From Trichormus sp. ATA11-4-KO1 (GTDB taxonomy: Bacteria > Cyanobacteriota > Cyanobacteriia > Cyanobacteriales > Nostocaceae), in assembly GCA_019358915.1 (NCBI GenBank), contig JAHHIM010000035.1:1-45386 (forward strand): DNA of 45,386 nt, in the 5' to 3' direction. Each line of letters begins with the position of its first letter. Within the stretch, counting starts at the first letter, position 1. Under the pieces are notes generated by a model. That model did not search any database. It worked only from the letters and a program-made list of their open reading frames with translations, and was not told the origin of the DNA. The position numbers were made by a program, and so were the translations under genes. Shown here in pieces: positions 42,153-45,386 of the stretch.

Positions 42153-43538
42153 ATGGCTTTAGTCATTGCCGGAGAACGTAGTGGGGTGGGCAAAACAACA
42201 GTTACGCTCACCCTTTTAGCATCTTTACGCCGTCGTGGTGTGGTGGTGCAATCTTTTAAGGTCGGCCCAGACTACATTGACCCGATGTTTCATCAGCACG
42301 TTACTCATCGTGCTTGTCGCAATTTAGATCCGGTGCTAACTTCACAAGCTTATGTTCAACAATGTTTTGCTCTTCATAGTCAAACCAGTGAATATGCTTT
42401 AGTTGAAGGCGTAATGGGGCTATTTGATGGCGTAGGAAATCAAGAAGAAGATTCTCAACTATCCACCGATTTTGCTAGTACGGCACACATTGCACGACTG
42501 TTAGATTTGCCTATACTTTTGGTGATTGATTGTAGTCGCTTGTCTGGTTCTGTAGCGGCGATCGCCCACGGTTATTGCTCGTTTGATTCGAGAATTAAAA
42601 TCGCTGGGCTGGTATTAAATAGAGTCGGGAGCGATCGCCATTTATCTTTACTCAAAGATTCTCTAAAACCATTACAGTTACCCGTTCTTGGTGTATTGCG
42701 TCGTCAAGATAACATCACCATACCTGATCGCCATTTGGGTTTAGTACCAACCGCCGAACTTCCTCAATTGGATGCTGTAATTAATCGTCTTGCTGATTTA
42801 GGCGATACTTGCTTTGACTGGCAGTATTTATTACCCTTATTAAAATCCTCCCATCTCCCACTCCTTAACTCCCCCACTCCCCCCATCTCCCATTCCCCTC
42901 TACGGATTGCAGTTGCCCGCGATCACGCTTTTAATTTCTATTACCAAGATAATCTGGACTTACTGCAACAATTAGGTGCACAATTAGTTTTCTGGAGTCC
43001 TTTAGTAGATGCTGAACTACCAACGGGTGTGCAGGGAATGTATTTTGGTGGCGGTTTTCCAGAAGTTTTTGCCCAGCAACTTGCAGAAAATATCAACGCT
43101 CGTAAGGCAGTAGCAACAGCAATTTTAGACGGAATGCCCACAATTGCCGAATGTGGAGGATTGATGTATTTATGTGAGCAAATTATCGATTTTGACGATA
43201 AACCTTGGTCGATGGTGGGAGTTTTACCCACATCTGCTGTCATGGATGGACGTTTAACTTTAGGATATCGCCGCGCAGTTGCTTGGCAAAATAGCTTACT
43301 AGTAACAGCAGGTACAAATTTTTACGGACATGAGTTTCATCGTTCCCGGTTAACTTCAAATCCCCATCAGCCATTATTTGCAACTTATCGCTATGATGGC
43401 AACGAAAACATGGGATGTGAGGGCTGGGGTTGCCCTGTGAATCTTCACGCCTCTTATATTCATTTACACTGGGGACAAAGTGTACAGATGCCGCAAAAGT
43501 TTCTTAAACAATGTCTAGAAAGATTCCGTAATTCATAA
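42153..43538 (+). CDS. cobB: Cobyrinate a,c-diamide synthase
   Basis: SGVGKTT, KVGPDYIDP, EGVMGLFDG, RHLGL, AECGGLMYL and GHEFH motifs. Confidence 0.93.
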   Translation: MALVIAGERSGVGKTTVTLTLLASLRRRGVVVQSFKVGPDYIDPMFHQHVTHRACRNLDPVLTSQAYVQQCFALHSQTSEYALVEGVMGLFDGVGNQEEDSQLSTDFASTAHIARLLDLPILLVIDCSRLSGSVAAIAHGYCSFDSRIKIAGLVLNRVGSDRHLSLLKDSLKPLQLPVLGVLRRQDNITIPDRHLGLVPTAELPQLDAVINRLADLGDTCFDWQYLLPLLKSSHLPLLNSPTPPISHSPLRIAVARDHAFNFYYQDNLDLLQQLGAQLVFWSPLVDAELPTGVQGMYFGGGFPEVFAQQLAENINARKAVATAILDGMPTIAECGGLMYLCEQIIDFDDKPWSMVGVLPTSAVMDGRLTLGYRRAVAWQNSLLVTAGTNFYGHEFHRSRLTSNPHQPLFATYRYDGNENMGCEGWGCPVNLHASYIHLHWGQSVQMPQKFLKQCLERFRNS

Positions 43539-43597
43539 TTTGGTATGACTATTATTAGCCCCCTAGTAAAATTCAAGTTTTGAAATTAAATAAAAAA

Positions 43598-43618
43598 GGT
43601 GGGCAACGCCCACCCTAC
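43598..43618. repeat. REP-like palindrome between convergent genes
   Basis: GGTGGGC-AAC-GCCCACC-CTAC (GTAG end on minus strand). Confidence 0.55.
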
Positions 43619-43623
43619 AGTAG

Positions 43624-44568
43624 TTAAGCAGCGTTTTGACGATACCACTCAATCGTATTCTTTAGCCCTTGCCTAAAGCTTACCTGAGCCATAAAGTTAA
43701 AGGCTTGCTTAGCCCGTTCAGTATCTAAACAGCGCCGGGGTTGACCGTTCGGTTTGTCGGTTTCCCAAACAATCTCGCCGTCAAACTCCATTAGTTCGCA
43801 GATCAGCATAATTAAATCATGAATGGAGATTTCCGAACCTGTACCCAAATTCACTGGTTCAGAGTCGTTATAAAATTGAGTACCCATAACAATCCCCCGC
43901 GCCGCATCTTCTGAATACAGAAACTCGCGGGTTGGGCTACCATCTCCCCAAACAGGAAGTTGTTTTTCTCCCTTGATTTGGGCTTCGTGAACTTTGCGAA
44001 TTAACGCCGGAATCACATGGGAACTGCTGGGGTCAAAGTTATCTTCAGGCCCATATAAATTTACTGGCAGTAGATAAATGCCATTAAAGTTATACTGCTG
44101 GCGATAAGATTGCAGTTGGACTAAAAGCGCCTTTTTCGCAATCCCGTAGGGAGCGTTAGTTTCCTCCGGGTAGCCATTCCACAGATCATCTTCTTTGAAT
44201 GGTACTGGAGTGAATTTAGGATAAGCACAAATTGTGCCAACACAGACAAATTTTTCTACTCCAGCTTGATGGGCAGCATGAATCAGCTGGGTGCCCATGA
44301 TCAAGTTGTCGTAGAATAACTCTGCGGGTTTTTCGCGGTTGAGACCGATACCACCGACATGAGCCGCTAGGTGAACCACAATGTCTTGATGGTCAACTAC
44401 ACGTTGGCAAACTTCCCAGTTACGCAAATCATGCTCACGCGATCGCGGTACTGTAATTTTTGCCCTATCAGCCCCAGCCTTACACAGCTGATCGATCACC
44501 TGACGACCTAGGAAACCCGCCCCACCAGTGACAAGAATCCGTTTATTTTTTAATTCTAAGGCGGTCAT
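43624..44568 (-). CDS. fcl: GDP-L-fucose synthase
   Basis: [30 protein letters not shown] and SHVIPALI motifs. Confidence 0.93.
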   Translation of the reverse strand: MTALELKNKRILVTGGAGFLGRQVIDQLCKAGADRAKITVPRSREHDLRNWEVCQRVVDHQDIVVHLAAHVGGIGLNREKPAELFYDNLIMGTQLIHAAHQAGVEKFVCVGTICAYPKFTPVPFKEDDLWNGYPEETNAPYGIAKKALLVQLQSYRQQYNFNGIYLLPVNLYGPEDNFDPSSSHVIPALIRKVHEAQIKGEKQLPVWGDGSPTREFLYSEDAARGIVMGTQFYNDSEPVNLGTGSEISIHDLIMLICELMEFDGEIVWETDKPNGQPRRCLDTERAKQAFNFMAQVSFRQGLKNTIEWYRQNAA

Positions 44569-44591
44569 AGTTTTATCCTCTGTGATATTTA

Positions 44592-45386
44592 TCAGAAGTG
44601 GAGAGTGCCCAGTTCTTGACGAATAGTAGCAATATCATGAGGAATAGTTGCACCATTGCCATTGGGTGAAGTGTAACCCAATGCTTGTAGGTCGGCTTCC
44701 ACCATGAGGGCGACTAGTTCTTCAAAGGTTACTGACGGTTTCCAACCTAATTTTTGTTTGGCCTTAGTAGGATCGCCAATTAACAAGTCTACTTCTGCCG
44801 GACGGAGATAGCGATCGTCAAACTCAACATAATCTTGCCAATTGAGGTTCACATAGCCAAATGCCTTCTCCAAAAATTCCCGCACAGAGTAGGTTTCACC
44901 AGTAGCAATCACGTAGTCGTCAGGCTGGTCTTGCTGCAACATTAGCCACATTGCCCGGACGTAATCCTTTGCGTAACCCCAATCACGTTTGGAATCTAGA
45001 TTGCCCATGTAGATTTTTTTCTGTTTACCAGCCACAATTTTGGCAACTGCTCTGGTAATTTTGCGGGTCACAAAGGTCTCACCCCGACGCGGAGACTCGT
45101 GGTTAAAAAGTATCCCGTTACAAGCAAACAAATTATAAGACTCACGGTAATTCACCGTTTGCCAGTGGGCATAAACTTTGGCACAAGCATAAGGGCTGCG
45201 GGGATAAAACGGTGTCGTTTCGCTTTGAGGAACCGCTTGTACTAAACCATACATTTCTGAAGAACCCGCTTGATAGAAACGCACTTGCACGCCGGTGCGT
45301 TGTTGGTAGTCGCGGATTGCTTCTAATAGACGCAGCGTTCCCATTCCTACTGCATCAACCGTATATTCCGGTGAGTCAAAGCTTAC
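44592..45386 (-). CDS. gmd: GDP-mannose 4,6-dehydratase (partial; 5' end beyond window)
   Basis: [41 protein letters not shown] and RDWG motifs; frame open to window edge. Confidence 0.96.
   Translation of the reverse strand, partial: VSFDSPEYTVDAVGMGTLRLLEAIRDYQQRTGVQVRFYQAGSSEMYGLVQAVPQSETTPFYPRSPYACAKVYAHWQTVNYRESYNLFACNGILFNHESPRRGETFVTRKITRAVAKIVAGKQKKIYMGNLDSKRDWGYAKDYVRAMWLMLQQDQPDDYVIATGETYSVREFLEKAFGYVNLNWQDYVEFDDRYLRPAEVDLLIGDPTKAKQKLGWKPSVTFEELVALMVEADLQALGYTSPNGNGATIPHDIATIRQELGTLHF

Noticed and set aside
11321..43538. B12 island (cobT, cobW, nrdJ, cobB)
   Set aside because: The genes are kilobases apart among unrelated genes, and no cobalamin riboswitch was recognisable upstream of any of them.

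Overview
Chromosomal window from a heterocyst-forming-type cyanobacterium (Nostocales). The assignment is inferred from frequent HIP1 GCGATCGC sites, STRR heptamer repeats and gene content. Most of it is housekeeping: holA, hemJ, psbQ, cobT/cobW/cobB, gcvT-gcvH-gcvP, nrdJ, fbp-tal-zwf-opcA and gmd-fcl. The non-routine content is: (1) a 2134-bp cargo cassette between gcvH and gcvP, bounded by 105-bp inverted copies of one end of an IS982-like element and a 5-bp ATAAA direct repeat. It carries two predicted secreted proteins (one with PD-(D/E)XK-like nuclease motifs) and a near-consensus Fur box. (2) A 300-nt ORF-less group I intron splitting the catalytic NPCGE motif of the class II ribonucleotide reductase. 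(3) A vanadium-dependent haloperoxidase. (4) A candidate Yfr1-like sRNA. (5) An IS5-family end plus a cognate 270-bp MITE containing nested short dispersed repeats. (6) A vapBC pair and two gene relics (HigA/ImmA-like, LemA-like). All family calls come from motif recognition by eye; no searches or folding were run.
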